From a virus, in IMG/VR virus record IMGVR_UViG_3300023179_009503, positions 10,615 to 74,614 of that record: a stretch of 64,000 bases of DNA; one strand, given 5' to 3'. This document shows positions 19,601-29,163 of this stretch, one piece after another. The number at the start of each line of letters is the position of its first letter. Position 1 is the stretch's first letter. The notes beneath the pieces were generated by a model. The model saw only the letters and a list, made by a program, of their open reading frames with translations. It did no database searches and was not told the DNA's origin. The position numbers and the translations under genes are program-made.

Positions 19601-20253
19601 AATTTGACCAATTAGTAAATGAAATATTAATGCCTCAAAAGAATAATCTTATTGTTATTTTTCCAGGTAGGTTTCAGCCTTTTCATTTGGGGCATAAACG
19701 CTTTTATGATTTAGCAAAAAAGAAATTTCCGGGTGCTGATTTTTACATAGCTAGCTCTGATATACCGGAAAAAGCTGCAACTAAAGAGCCTGGTCGCTAT
19801 CCTTTTAATTTTGCAGAAAAAAAAGCTATTATGATAGCTGCAGGCATACCTGAAAAAGAAATTGTTCAGGTCAAACAACCTTACAAACCTATAGAAATTT
19901 TAAAAGACTATGATCAAAATTTTGCAAAAGTAATTTATATAGTTGGTGAAAAAGATATGAAAAAGGACCCTAGATTTGCATTTGGCATGACTAAAAAAGG
20001 AACCCCTACTTATTTTCAGCCTTTTAAAAGCTTAAACGAGTTACAGCCTTTTAAAGAAGACGGTGGCCATGGTTATATATACTCTCCTGGAACTATAGAA
20101 TTTAATGTTAACGGAAAAAATATTACTAGTGCATCTGAATTAAGAGAGCTATATAAAAATTCTAACGAGCAAAGTAAAAAAGAAATTATTACACAAATTC
20201 TAGGTAAATTCGATACAAAGATTTATAATCTATTTAACGCAAAAATTATTTAA
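19597..20253 (+). CDS. HIGH-family nucleotidyltransferase (cytidylyltransferase/NMNAT-like)
   Basis: FPGRFQPFHLGH, PFNFAEK, VGEKD, TSASELR. Confidence 0.85.
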   Translation: MKFDQLVNEILMPQKNNLIVIFPGRFQPFHLGHKRFYDLAKKKFPGADFYIASSDIPEKAATKEPGRYPFNFAEKKAIMIAAGIPEKEIVQVKQPYKPIEILKDYDQNFAKVIYIVGEKDMKKDPRFAFGMTKKGTPTYFQPFKSLNELQPFKEDGGHGYIYSPGTIEFNVNGKNITSASELRELYKNSNEQSKKEIITQILGKFDTKIYNLFNAKII

Positions 20254-20888
20254 TTTTTCTTCTTATTTTCAAGAAGTATTATAGTCTCAAGTAAAACTTT
20301 CTCTAAATTTTCAACGCTTTCTCTTTTTAGTACTTTGCTTATCTGACTTAAAAGGGCATCGCCACCTTTAGATATAGCAGAAAATAGTTCTTCTTCATTA
20401 TTTTCTTCTAAATTACCGCATGCACCGTGCATAGGGTTTTTAGCAGCTTCATAATCTTCATAACCGAAAACTGATTCAAGTTGATCATGTGCATTAGTTA
20501 TCTTGCTTAGTACCCAAGCTTCAACATTATCTTTCCCATTAAGAATATCGTGTAGCATTGCGGATAACTTAAAAATTCTAAACAAAAGTTGTCGCGACAT
20601 TTGTCCATTACTATCATAAGTCGAAGGATCATACCCTTCACAATCCTCGCTTTTACTTTGATTACCTTTACATTCTGGGCAATTATTGCAAGTACAGCCT
20701 TGAGCTGCAGCATGGCAATGCTCTTCTTCTTCGCAGCCACATTCTCTTTTTACAGGAAAATTTACCTTAGTAATTTTTGATGGTGAAGGTGTTACAGACT
20801 GATCACCTAAAGGACCAAGCCCAACGCTTTCAGTAACTATCTTTTTTACATAAAGATCGTTTAAAGCATCAAAGTCGCGTGCAAACAT
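20250..20888 (-). CDS. Hypothetical, probable virion-internal protein with Cys-rich segment
   Basis: TAAATA-N5-ATG; IVTE|S; CGC...C..CTCNNCPEC; EAWVLSKIT motif. Confidence 0.75.
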   Translation of the reverse strand: MFARDFDALNDLYVKKIVTESVGLGPLGDQSVTPSPSKITKVNFPVKRECGCEEEEHCHAAAQGCTCNNCPECKGNQSKSEDCEGYDPSTYDSNGQMSRQLLFRIFKLSAMLHDILNGKDNVEAWVLSKITNAHDQLESVFGYEDYEAAKNPMHGACGNLEENNEEELFSAISKGGDALLSQISKVLKRESVENLEKVLLETIILLENKKKN

Positions 20889-20920
20889 ATAAATATTTAT
20901 TCAAAATTATAAATAATTTT
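20889..20920. promoter_or_regulatory. Back-to-back late promoters
   Basis: TAAATA on - (20899..20894) and TATAAATA on + (20908..20915), each 5 nt from an ATG. Confidence 0.75.
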
Positions 20921-21208
20921 ATGTTATTCGAAAAAGCTTTTCTACATGCTCTTGAACAAGATATAATTGAAGAAAAAAAAGGTGCCAGGTGTACTAAAGT
21001 TACAGGTCAGCAATCTTCTACTAGATCTGATAAAAAATATATGCGCTGTACACGTGTAGATGGTAAGTTGAAAAGAATACATTATGGCGATCCAAATTTA
21101 CGTATAAAAAAATCTAACCCCAAGAAACGTAAATCATTTAGAGCGCGTCATAAATGCTCGTCCGCAAAACCAGGTACTGCAAAATATTATAGTTGTAAGA
21201 ACTGGTAA
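20921..21208 (+). CDS. Basic Cys-containing small protein (DUF6321-like)
   Basis: YGDPNL...RKSFRARHKC...YYSCKNW; TATAAATA-N5-ATG at 20921. Confidence 0.75.
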   Translation: MLFEKAFLHALEQDIIEEKKGARCTKVTGQQSSTRSDKKYMRCTRVDGKLKRIHYGDPNLRIKKSNPKKRKSFRARHKCSSAKPGTAKYYSCKNW

Positions 21209-21594
21209 CCTTTACTAGTAGAGTAATAAATCTTTTTAAAATTAAGCTGCTCTAAAAGTGAAGTACAGCCTTCACAAGGTTTAGATAAATCTAGCTGATG
21301 ATTACGATTAATTCGTGTATTAACTATAGTAAATTTAGAGCAGTCTTCTTCTCCTAGTTTTAATATTGCAGAAAGCTCAGAATGCACTCCTATAGTATGA
21401 GAAATATCTTCACCTTTTCTATTGTAAAAGCCTATTTCTAAATTTTTAGGGTGTGTCTTTGTCGGATTATTAATTCCTATGGAGATTAATCTATTTCTCT
21501 GAAAGATAAACGAGAAATGCTTGCAGCGATAATTACCATGCTTTTTTAATAAAGCGTAAGAAATTTCGGTACACTTTTTAAAGATATTATCCAT
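21187..21594 (-). CDS. Zinc-dependent cytidine/dCMP deaminase-like protein
   Basis: HSE...SKPCEGC zinc-binding motif. Confidence 0.8.
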   Translation of the reverse strand: MDNIFKKCTEISYALLKKHGNYRCKHFSFIFQRNRLISIGINNPTKTHPKNLEIGFYNRKGEDISHTIGVHSELSAILKLGEEDCSKFTIVNTRINRNHQLDLSKPCEGCTSLLEQLNFKKIYYSTSKGYQFLQL

Positions 21595-21639
21595 AATACT
21601 ATTATCATGAAAACCTCTTATTAATCAATAAATATCTTT

Positions 21640-22302
21640 GTGCAGTCGTTTAAAGAATTTTATGATAAGCCAGTATTCGGAGTTAATGAGCTCATCGAAA
21701 TTGATGGTATTGGAAAACTAAAAGCTAAAGTAGATAGTGGTAATGAAGCATATAACGTTTTGCATGGAGTAGATATATCTGAAGAAGGTGAAAATGTCAC
21801 CTTCACTACCGTTAACGACAAAAAAATAACAAAACCTAAAACAGGCTCTATAACCATCCATATTGGGAGTGGAGTAAAGGAAGAAAGACCGACGGTTGAA
21901 TTCGATATTAAGGTAGACGGGAAGCAGTATAATGGTGTGACATTTAGTATAGCTGATAGATCAGAGAATGAAGATCCTATTTTAGTGGGAGAACCCTTTT
22001 TGAAGAAATTAAACGCTGTTATTGATGTTAATAAGGATCAAGTACATGAATCAATAAAATATAAAGTTGTTGCTTTAAATAAAAAGGATAAGCTTGCAAA
22101 AGATTGGAAAAGGTCTAGTTATTCAGAAAATGCAATTCGTGCAATAGCTAATAAACAAAAGACACTAATTGTTAATAAACACGGTAGTCCAAAATTTAAA
22201 GGCAAAGAAACATTAAAAATCTTTAACCCAATTACTAAAAAACCTTTTATTATTTTAAAGAAAAAATTAAAAGCCTCTGAATCCGATACTCCTCAAGATT
22301 AA
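21640..22302 (+). CDS. Retropepsin-like aspartic protease (RimK-associated type)
   Basis: AKVDSGN, EERP, FSIADR...ILVG; GTG start after TAAATA-N5. Confidence 0.75.
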   Translation: MQSFKEFYDKPVFGVNELIEIDGIGKLKAKVDSGNEAYNVLHGVDISEEGENVTFTTVNDKKITKPKTGSITIHIGSGVKEERPTVEFDIKVDGKQYNGVTFSIADRSENEDPILVGEPFLKKLNAVIDVNKDQVHESIKYKVVALNKKDKLAKDWKRSSYSENAIRAIANKQKTLIVNKHGSPKFKGKETLKIFNPITKKPFIILKKKLKASESDTPQD

Positions 22303-22590
22303 CTGCACATTTCTTGCATCTATAATATCTGTTACATAAATTGTCGGGCTATAATGAAAATCTTTATCGATTCTCATACCTTCCTCTTCTCCGAAAGCTG
22401 TTAACTCATCTACGTAATCCATAGCACCGAAGTTTTTAAGATAACGATGATAAAAGTCTTTCTCAGCTATACATTCAATTATTACATCTAAATCAAGATA
22501 TTCATGTGCAATAAAAGTTATATCCCTTACACACGATATTGACGACGGAGGGTTTATTAAATCGCCATTTATTAATAGCGACTGACTCAC
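22267..22590 (-). CDS. Hypothetical protein
   Basis: 107-aa ORF; TAAATA-N5-GTG. Confidence 0.7.
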   Translation of the reverse strand: MSQSLLINGDLINPPSSISCVRDITFIAHEYLDLDVIIECIAEKDFYHRYLKNFGAMDYVDELTAFGEEEGMRIDKDFHYSPTIYVTDIIDARNVQLILRSIGFRGF

Positions 22591-22621
22591 ATAATTATTT
22601 AGTCAAATATTAAATAATATT
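22591..22621. promoter_or_regulatory. Back-to-back late promoters
   Basis: TAAATA on - (22601..22596) and + (22611..22616), each 5 nt from a start codon. Confidence 0.75.
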
Positions 22622-23098
22622 ATGGCTGATGTAACAATATCTGGATTAGATAATCTATCACCTGCAGGGTCTAGTTTTCTACCTATTTCAACCGGTTCTT
22701 TAACAGGTAAAACAACTATAGCATCGCTGCCAGTAGATTATAATAGCATTACGAATAAGCCAAATATTCCTGTAGTAAATAATTCACAGCTCGCAAAAGC
22801 ATGGGTATGTTTTAACGGTCAGGGCTCTAACAGTACTAATCAGCTTATAAAAGCATCTTTTAATGTTACTAGTGTTTATAAAAACGGGAGTGGTAGTTAT
22901 ACTGTTAACTTCACCCCAGGTACATTCGCTAACGGTAATATAGTTGTTGTGGGCACTTTTATGCACGTTCCTAATGTATCGTGGGGAGGAGCAGCAGTTC
23001 CTAACGCAGAACCAACAGCAAGCTCAGCCACTATTTTTACCGGTGACCATGGTAAAGGTCTTGTTAATTCTGCACACGTGTCGGTAGTCTTTTTTTAA
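22622..23098 (+). CDS. Short tail-fibre-like/virion appendage protein
   Basis: AKAWVCFNG...SFNVTSV...G.YTVNF module; N-terminal ISxL module shared with 61777..62361. Confidence 0.65.
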   Translation: MADVTISGLDNLSPAGSSFLPISTGSLTGKTTIASLPVDYNSITNKPNIPVVNNSQLAKAWVCFNGQGSNSTNQLIKASFNVTSVYKNGSGSYTVNFTPGTFANGNIVVVGTFMHVPNVSWGGAAVPNAEPTASSATIFTGDHGKGLVNSAHVSVVFF

Positions 23099-23748
23099 AT
23101 AAGTTTTCTATTTTGCGCAAATTCAATGAACTTATAAAACTCGTTTCTAGAATTATCTTTATCATCCAAAAATGCTCCGGACATTCTCGCTGTACGCATT
23201 GTTGAATCATGTCTAATACCGCGGTTTGAGCAGCAAGTGTGCGCGGCTTCAATCATTACAGCTACACCCTTATTCTTTAAGCATACCTCATCAATATACT
23301 TGTGTACTTGCATTGTAAGGTTCTCTTGAACCTGGGGGCGGCGAGCAAACCAATCAACAATTCTATTAAGCTTACTCAAGCCAATAACCTTACCATCTTT
23401 AGAAGGAATATAAGCAACATGCGCAAATCCCATAAACGGGGCATGATGATGCGAACAAAGTGATGTTAATTTAATATTAGTTTGTGCTACAATACCGTCA
23501 TACTTATCTACGTTATCAAAAGCTGTAACCTTAGGTGGGTTACTATAACAACCCCAAGCAAAATCTTCAACAAATGCCTTAGCGACTCTATGCGGGGTAT
23601 TATCGCTGTTAGGATCATTTCTCCAATCATATCCTAAAGCATCCATATAAGCTTCATATGCTTTGGCTGCTCTTTCTATTATTTGCTCTCTTTCTTCTTG
23701 AGTATGAGGATGATTATGATTCGCAAAAGCTAATTTCTTCTTAAACAT
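23095..23748 (-). CDS. folE: GTP cyclohydrolase I
   Basis: TPHRVAK, SLCSHH, GLSKLNR, RRPQVQE, HTCCSNRG. Confidence 0.96.
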   Translation of the reverse strand: MFKKKLAFANHNHPHTQEEREQIIERAAKAYEAYMDALGYDWRNDPNSDNTPHRVAKAFVEDFAWGCYSNPPKVTAFDNVDKYDGIVAQTNIKLTSLCSHHHAPFMGFAHVAYIPSKDGKVIGLSKLNRIVDWFARRPQVQENLTMQVHKYIDEVCLKNKGVAVMIEAAHTCCSNRGIRHDSTMRTARMSGAFLDDKDNSRNEFYKFIEFAQNRKLI

Positions 23749-23804
23749 ATTAGCTATTATATGATAAGATGTAACGAGATCAACATAAATAATAGTGTAA
23801 TATT

Positions 23805-24239
23805 ATGAAGTATAATGACATAATTCTTGAAAGCTTAAAGAAAACAGCTTTAAAGCGTATTAGGATTAAGGTTGATCCTGCGTGTGTCAGTGCTGAAGCA
23901 GATTTTTCTAATATTGATGGTTATGAGGGGTATGTTTTAGAAGAAGGAAAAAGCCATTTAAAGATTTTAGTAATTACTCCTGAGCTTGGAATACAAGATG
24001 TACCTATTGAATTTATTGAGGCTATAGCAGATGATGCAGACTATGATTCTTTTTGTAGCTTAAAAGAATATATTGTTAAAACACTCTTTAAGGATGGTGT
24101 AGTAGAAAACGATCCTATTATAATTCAAATATCTAACAGCAATTGTTTAAACGATATTGAAAGAATAATTAATCAAAAAGGATATACAGGAGATAAACTA
24201 GCAGATCTGTATAAAAACTTTATCACCAATGATGAATAA
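23805..24239 (+). CDS. Hypothetical protein
   Basis: 144-aa ORF; MKYNDIILE|S N-terminus. Confidence 0.7.
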   Translation: MKYNDIILESLKKTALKRIRIKVDPACVSAEADFSNIDGYEGYVLEEGKSHLKILVITPELGIQDVPIEFIEAIADDADYDSFCSLKEYIVKTLFKDGVVENDPIIIQISNSNCLNDIERIINQKGYTGDKLADLYKNFITNDE

Positions 24240-25422
24240 TTTTGATAATTTAGCCAACCTTGCTTTGAACGAAAAACTATTTTCTGATTACATGAAAGAT
24301 GCTATGAAAATAGCACAAACAGCTAAACAAAAAGCGGGTAAGCCTTTAAAAAGAGCTGTGCAAAAAACGAGAATTGGGGCCCGGAAGCTTGGAAGAGATA
24401 TTATTGATGATCCTGAAAAAGTTGCTAAAGCTGCAGTTACTGGGGCAGCAAAAGGTGTAGCAAAGGGTGCAGATGTACTGGGAGGTGCTGCTTTAGGAGC
24501 TGCAGGAGCTGCAGCTAGAGGCATAGGTAAAGCAGTTACAAAAGTACCGGGAGCCCTTGCGGCAGCTCCTGGAGCAATACGCGGTGTAACAGATTTCTTT
24601 ACCGGTAACAGACCGAGCCAGCAAATTGCTGGTGCATTGGGTAAGCTACAAGCAGGTATTGATAAAAAAATGCAAGATAGAACAGCTAAGTCTTTAGGAT
24701 TAAGAACAGAAAATCCAAAGTCTGGTGATAATCTTTCTATTGAAATAGGTCGCAATCCTACTGCAGGGGTAGGTATAAAAATACCTGTTTCAGGTAATGT
24801 GGGGACTAAATTTGGTAAAACATCTAAATTCCAGAACATGACAATATATGATGTACCAATTAATAATAATAAAAATATAGCTTTAATAAAAGTAGGTGTC
24901 GGCGATCCTAAAGATTCAAATGTACAGCTTTATTATTTTGATCAAAATAATCAAAAAGTAGATGGTAGAGGGTTAGGTCTACCTGCTGCTGCGATTTTAA
25001 ATTACAGTAATAAAGTAAATGGATGGAAAATAACCGATAAAGAACCGCCCGGTATTGAAGAGTTTAGTCTTGTTAAGGTTAAGCAAGCTATGCAAAAAAT
25101 GGCAGCACAGCAACAGCAAGCACAACAAACCACAGTTACACCTACAGCACCTCCTGCTCCGGGTACCCCGGTCTCGGGCACGGTTTCAGCACCGGGAGCT
25201 GTTACCGGCGGTACTGCAACCCCGGCTAGTGCTGCAGGTACAGCATCAGCTGCGACAACTGCTCCTACAACAGCAGGTACACCTGAACCTACTAAACCTT
25301 CTTCTGCTAATGTTATACCTAAAGTAAATGATGTATTTAATATTGAAGATAGGTATGGTAAATTAAAGAAATATAAGATATCTGCTGTAGATAATGATAC
25401 AGTTTACGCGTTTCAGGTTTAA
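24229..25422 (+). CDS. Hypothetical Ala/Gly-rich protein, probable ejected protein
   Basis: Ala/Gly-rich helical segment and a Thr/Pro/Ala linker; LNE|K propeptide-like N-terminus. Confidence 0.7.
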   Translation: MMNNFDNLANLALNEKLFSDYMKDAMKIAQTAKQKAGKPLKRAVQKTRIGARKLGRDIIDDPEKVAKAAVTGAAKGVAKGADVLGGAALGAAGAAARGIGKAVTKVPGALAAAPGAIRGVTDFFTGNRPSQQIAGALGKLQAGIDKKMQDRTAKSLGLRTENPKSGDNLSIEIGRNPTAGVGIKIPVSGNVGTKFGKTSKFQNMTIYDVPINNNKNIALIKVGVGDPKDSNVQLYYFDQNNQKVDGRGLGLPAAAILNYSNKVNGWKITDKEPPGIEEFSLVKVKQAMQKMAAQQQQAQQTTVTPTAPPAPGTPVSGTVSAPGAVTGGTATPASAAGTASAATTAPTTAGTPEPTKPSSANVIPKVNDVFNIEDRYGKLKKYKISAVDNDTVYAFQV

Positions 25423-25450
25423 AACCAATAGCAGTTTAATAAATAACTAT

Positions 25451-25651
25451 ATGCCGGCAAAATCTGAAAAACAAAAAAGATTTTTTGGTGCAGTTATGGG
25501 CGCTAAAAAAGGGCAAAAAGGTATTAAAGGTGCAGCTAAAGAAGTTGCAAAAGAAATGCCTAAAAAAGAGATTAAAAAGTTTTTAAAAAAAGAATCTTTT
25601 AATGATACAGTTAATAATATCCTTAGAGAATTCTTTAAACCTACTGAATAA
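25451..25651 (+). CDS. Small basic protein (DUF3008-like)
   Basis: MPAKSEKQKRFFGAV...; TAAATA-N5-ATG fixes start at 25451. Confidence 0.75.
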   Translation: MPAKSEKQKRFFGAVMGAKKGQKGIKGAAKEVAKEMPKKEIKKFLKKESFNDTVNNILREFFKPTE

Positions 25652-25809
25652 TGTCTGCTATAGACAAAATTAAGAAAACCTCACACTTTATTCTTCTTCC
25701 GGATCAGAAGGCCTATTCTGACGAACACGGAAATATTATCTATTTTAAAACGGCCAAAGAAGCTTTTAAATATTTAAAAGAAAAAAAAATTGACGGAATA
25801 GTAAAATAA
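25651..25809 (+). CDS. Small hypothetical protein (52 aa)
   Basis: MSAIDKIKKTSHFILLPDQ...; TAATG overlap with upstream stop; fills the gap. Confidence 0.55.
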   Translation: MSAIDKIKKTSHFILLPDQKAYSDEHGNIIYFKTAKEAFKYLKEKKIDGIVK

Positions 25810-25869
25810 TAGTTGATTTTATTAAATTTATACTTATAATATTATAGATAATAGAAAAGACTATTACCG

Positions 25870-26544
25870 ATGATATACGAGAGTACAAAGATTATTGAGT
25901 TAGGTTCTTGCGCATTTAGACAATGGAAAGCTAATCATAGCCATTGCAAGTTTATTCATGGTTATAGATTACAAGCTAAATTTTGGTTTGGATGTACAAA
26001 TTTAGATGATAAAAATTGGGTAGTCGATTTCGGTGGTTTAGATGATTTAAAAAAAATACTACAAAAACAATTTGATCATACATTATGTGTAGCTGCAGAT
26101 GATCCTTTACTAGAAGGATTTAAAACTTTACATACTGCAGGTGGCTGTGATTTGAGAATAATGGAAGGCGGTGTTGGTATAGAAAAGACCGCTGAATGGT
26201 GTTTTAACACAGCTAATGCTTATTGTCAAACCATAACAAGTGGAAGATGTTGGGTTAATAAAGTAGAAGTTTGGGAACATGAAAAAAACTCTGCAATTGT
26301 TTCTTTTCAAAACTCACAAAACTCTGAATTACCTCCTCCTGTACACGCAGCTTTTCAACGCCCGGTAAATCCAATTCGAGAAACTATTAATGAAATAGAA
26401 AAAGAAACAGGCGTACCTATTTCGAACGTTTTAAAACAGATTCCTGTAAGCAATACTCAAGCTGGTACAAGACCTGCGCCATTAAAGAACCCTAAATCCG
26501 AAGGATATTCGAATTTATTCGGCGGTACAAGCTGGGGTTCATGA
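25870..26544 (+). CDS. queD: 6-carboxy-tetrahydropterin synthase with C-terminal extension
   Basis: HCKFIHGY, WVVDFG, FDHT, VEVWEH. Confidence 0.92.
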   Translation: MIYESTKIIELGSCAFRQWKANHSHCKFIHGYRLQAKFWFGCTNLDDKNWVVDFGGLDDLKKILQKQFDHTLCVAADDPLLEGFKTLHTAGGCDLRIMEGGVGIEKTAEWCFNTANAYCQTITSGRCWVNKVEVWEHEKNSAIVSFQNSQNSELPPPVHAAFQRPVNPIRETINEIEKETGVPISNVLKQIPVSNTQAGTRPAPLKNPKSEGYSNLFGGTSWGS

Positions 26545-26720
26545 ATTTAGATAAAAATAACCCTGAAATAAGACAGCAATTATACGGGGGAGAAATTTCA
26601 GATTATTACAAAGAAGTTAAAAAAGAAAGCCAACCTTCATTAAGTCAAATTTACGATAGAATATTAAAGTCAGGCCTTAGGCTTAATAGTAGCAATAACT
26701 CTGACAAGAAACTTAAGTAA
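26541..26720 (+). CDS. Possible small hypothetical protein (59 aa)
   Basis: MNLDKNNPEIRQQLYGG...; ATGA overlap with queD stop. Confidence 0.45.
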   Translation: MNLDKNNPEIRQQLYGGEISDYYKEVKKESQPSLSQIYDRILKSGLRLNSSNNSDKKLK

Positions 26721-27407
26721 CTTACTTCTTGTTATATCATCTTCAGTAAAATGAAAAACATTTATACCGTGATCTTGACTATCCTTTGAATCAAAACCAT
26801 TCATTATATTTTTAAAGCCAGATTTTTGAATATCAGATTGTAAGGAATCGCCTATAACAAACATCTTACAATTTCTTCCATACCTAGTTAAAATAGTTAC
26901 TAATTCACTATGCTCTAAATTTTGAGCTTCATCAACTATAACAACACTGTTTGCAAACGTCGCTCCTCTTAGAAAGTTAACAGGAGTACATTTAAGATAT
27001 TCGTTCTCAAACAACATATTAGTAATTTGTTTACCTACCAACTCATCGCATTTCTCTATTAATGGAATACTCCAAGGCTTAAACTTGTCGTCTACTTCTC
27101 CAGGTAAACTACCTAGCTTTCTAGTAGCTGATTCTACTATACTTCTTATATAGATAATTTCATCTATCTTTTTCTCCTTAAGCATAGACAAAGCAACATA
27201 GGTTGCGCAGTAAGTTTTAGATGAACCTGCTGGGCCATCACAAAATACAATATGGGTATTATCTTCAAAAGCTTTATCGACAAAAGCTTTGTGGTGATCA
27301 TTAAAATGAAATTTTTGCTCTACTTTAAAATTGAGAAAAATATCAGATTTTATGAGCGCTTTATCGTCTCGGGCAGCTTTTTTAAGCTGTCTATCCTTTT
27401 TCGACAT
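26670..27407 (-). CDS. phoH: PhoH-family ATPase
   Basis: GPAGSSKT, LGSLPG, FLRGATF, DEAQN, GDSLQSD. Confidence 0.93.
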   Translation of the reverse strand: MSKKDRQLKKAARDDKALIKSDIFLNFKVEQKFHFNDHHKAFVDKAFEDNTHIVFCDGPAGSSKTYCATYVALSMLKEKKIDEIIYIRSIVESATRKLGSLPGEVDDKFKPWSIPLIEKCDELVGKQITNMLFENEYLKCTPVNFLRGATFANSVVIVDEAQNLEHSELVTILTRYGRNCKMFVIGDSLQSDIQKSGFKNIMNGFDSKDSQDHGINVFHFTEDDITRSKLLKFLVRVIATIKPKA

Positions 27408-27459
27408 CTATTAATATTTATTCTTGAACAATGTAAATTATGTATTATAATAATAAAAA

Positions 27460-28203
27460 ATGAGTGATAAAACTATTTTTCTAAGTGACGATAAGATATT
27501 TTATACAATTGAGGGGGAAGGGGAGTATGTAGGTAAACCATCTGTTTTTATGAGACTTTCAATGTGTAATTTAACATGTAAGGGGTTTGCTTCAGCAGAT
27601 TCGCCTAACGGTTGTGATAGTTTTATTAGCTGGTCTGTAAAAAATAAACTTTCATTTGATGAAGTTTTTGAATTTATGGCGCAACATAGCTATAACTGCC
27701 ATCTTAAAGACGGAGCTATATGGAAAATAACTGGTGGTGAACCTCTTATACAGCAAAAAAATCTTCTTGACTTAGTTGATCAATTTATTTTTAGATTTAA
27801 TTTTCTTCCTAAGATTGACTTTGAAACAAACGCAACAATTTTACCAGATCAACAATGGGTTGATTGGAAAGCTACATTCACTACATCACCAAAACTTAGC
27901 AATAACGGTGACCCTGAAGAAAAGAGGTACAAGCCGGCAGTTTTAAAATGGCATGTTGATCATGGTTCAAGTTTTAAATTTGTTATAAATGAAGAAAAAG
28001 ATCTTGACGAAGTATATGAAAAGTATATTTGTCATAATAATATCTTAGTACCAAAAGATAGAGTATGGTTAATGCCGTGTTGCGGAAGTCGCTCCGAACA
28101 TGTTGAAAAAGCAGCTATGGTTGCAGAGCTCTGTAAAAAACATCACTTTAATTTTAGTCCACGCTTACAGCTTGTTATTTGGGATAAAGCACTTAAAGTA
28201 TAA
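27460..28203 (+). CDS. queE: 7-carboxy-7-deazaguanine synthase (radical SAM)
   Basis: TIEGEG, FMRLSMCNLTC...CDS, TGGEP, ETN, SPKL, PRLQ. Confidence 0.93.
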   Translation: MSDKTIFLSDDKIFYTIEGEGEYVGKPSVFMRLSMCNLTCKGFASADSPNGCDSFISWSVKNKLSFDEVFEFMAQHSYNCHLKDGAIWKITGGEPLIQQKNLLDLVDQFIFRFNFLPKIDFETNATILPDQQWVDWKATFTTSPKLSNNGDPEEKRYKPAVLKWHVDHGSSFKFVINEEKDLDEVYEKYICHNNILVPKDRVWLMPCCGSRSEHVEKAAMVAELCKKHHFNFSPRLQLVIWDKALKV

Positions 28204-28204
28204 T

Positions 28205-28942
28205 ATGAGAATCGCTATATCCGGAAGTGCATGTCAAGGTAAAACAACACTTGTAAAAGATATACTTAAAAATTGGCCAGTTTATAACCGATCAAATGAA
28301 TCTTACAGAAAGCTTCTTAAAAAAGAAGATATAAAAATTAATAAAGAGGTTAATAAAGACGGGCAGTGGAAAATTTTAAATTGTTTAATTGATGATATTC
28401 AACACACTGCAAAAGGTGATAAAGTAATTTTTGATAGATGCCCGCTAGATAATTTAATTTATTCTTTATGGGCAGAAGATAAAAAAAGTTCTGATATAGA
28501 TAAAGAATTTATTGATAAGTGTATTCCGTTGGTACAGGAAAGCATGAAATCTATCGATATAGTTTTCTTTTTACCTATTACTAAAGTTGCTCCGGTTAAG
28601 GTTGAGGAAAAGACTAATAGAGAAATCGATACTCTTTTTATTCAAGAGATTGATAATATTTTTAAAGCAATAGAACACAATCTTATGAGAAATGGGATAT
28701 GCCCTTTTCTTTCAAAAGACGATAGACCGCCTATTATAGAAATATTTGGAAATCCAGAGCAAAGAATAGAAATGATTAAGTTTTATCTTAACGAAAAAGG
28801 TGATCTTATTGAAGATGAAACGAGCGTTTTAGATCAAGAGAATATATCAGATATGGAAAGACTTTTAACTGCACAAAAGAGTGCATTATTTGAGGAAAAA
28901 CAAGAAGATCGTATACGCAAAAAAATCATTACAGGTAGATAA
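28205..28942 (+). CDS. P-loop nucleotide kinase (AAA_28/NadR-like)
   Basis: MRIAISGSACQGKTT, FDRCPLD; start moved from 28100 to the ATG after the queE stop. Confidence 0.8.
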   Translation: MRIAISGSACQGKTTLVKDILKNWPVYNRSNESYRKLLKKEDIKINKEVNKDGQWKILNCLIDDIQHTAKGDKVIFDRCPLDNLIYSLWAEDKKSSDIDKEFIDKCIPLVQESMKSIDIVFFLPITKVAPVKVEEKTNREIDTLFIQEIDNIFKAIEHNLMRNGICPFLSKDDRPPIIEIFGNPEQRIEMIKFYLNEKGDLIEDETSVLDQENISDMERLLTAQKSALFEEKQEDRIRKKIITGR

Positions 28943-28953
28943 ATAATATTGTA

Positions 28954-29163
28954 ATGAAGTTTAACGAAAACTATGATCAAATCATGGAAGGATTTGGTTA
29001 CCTAAAAACTGTTAAAAAAGAGTTTTACCCTAAAAACTTTAAGCTATCAGAAGAGTTTGTTAAAACATTTAAATCAGAATTTAAAAGACTAGTAGACGAG
29101 GGTATACATCCAAGAATAGCTTTAGCTAGAATTAATAAAGCTTTAATGTTCCACTCGCGTTAA
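28954..29163 (+). CDS. Small hypothetical protein
   Basis: 69 aa; MKFNENYDQIME|G; upstream TAAATA. Confidence 0.65.
   Translation: MKFNENYDQIMEGFGYLKTVKKEFYPKNFKLSEEFVKTFKSEFKRLVDEGIHPRIALARINKALMFHSR

Noticed and set aside
25840-25869. preQ1 riboswitch before queD (TAATAG-AAAAGA-CTATTA hairpin)
   Set aside because: Short AU-rich hairpin lacking preQ1-I/II consensus features; nothing similar before queC, queE or queF.
28100-28204. N-terminal extensions given by the ORF track (28100, 36777, 25394, 16334, 20879, 41659, 61574, 15078)
   Set aside because: They overlap neighbouring genes or promoters; promoter spacing and domain boundaries point to downstream starts.
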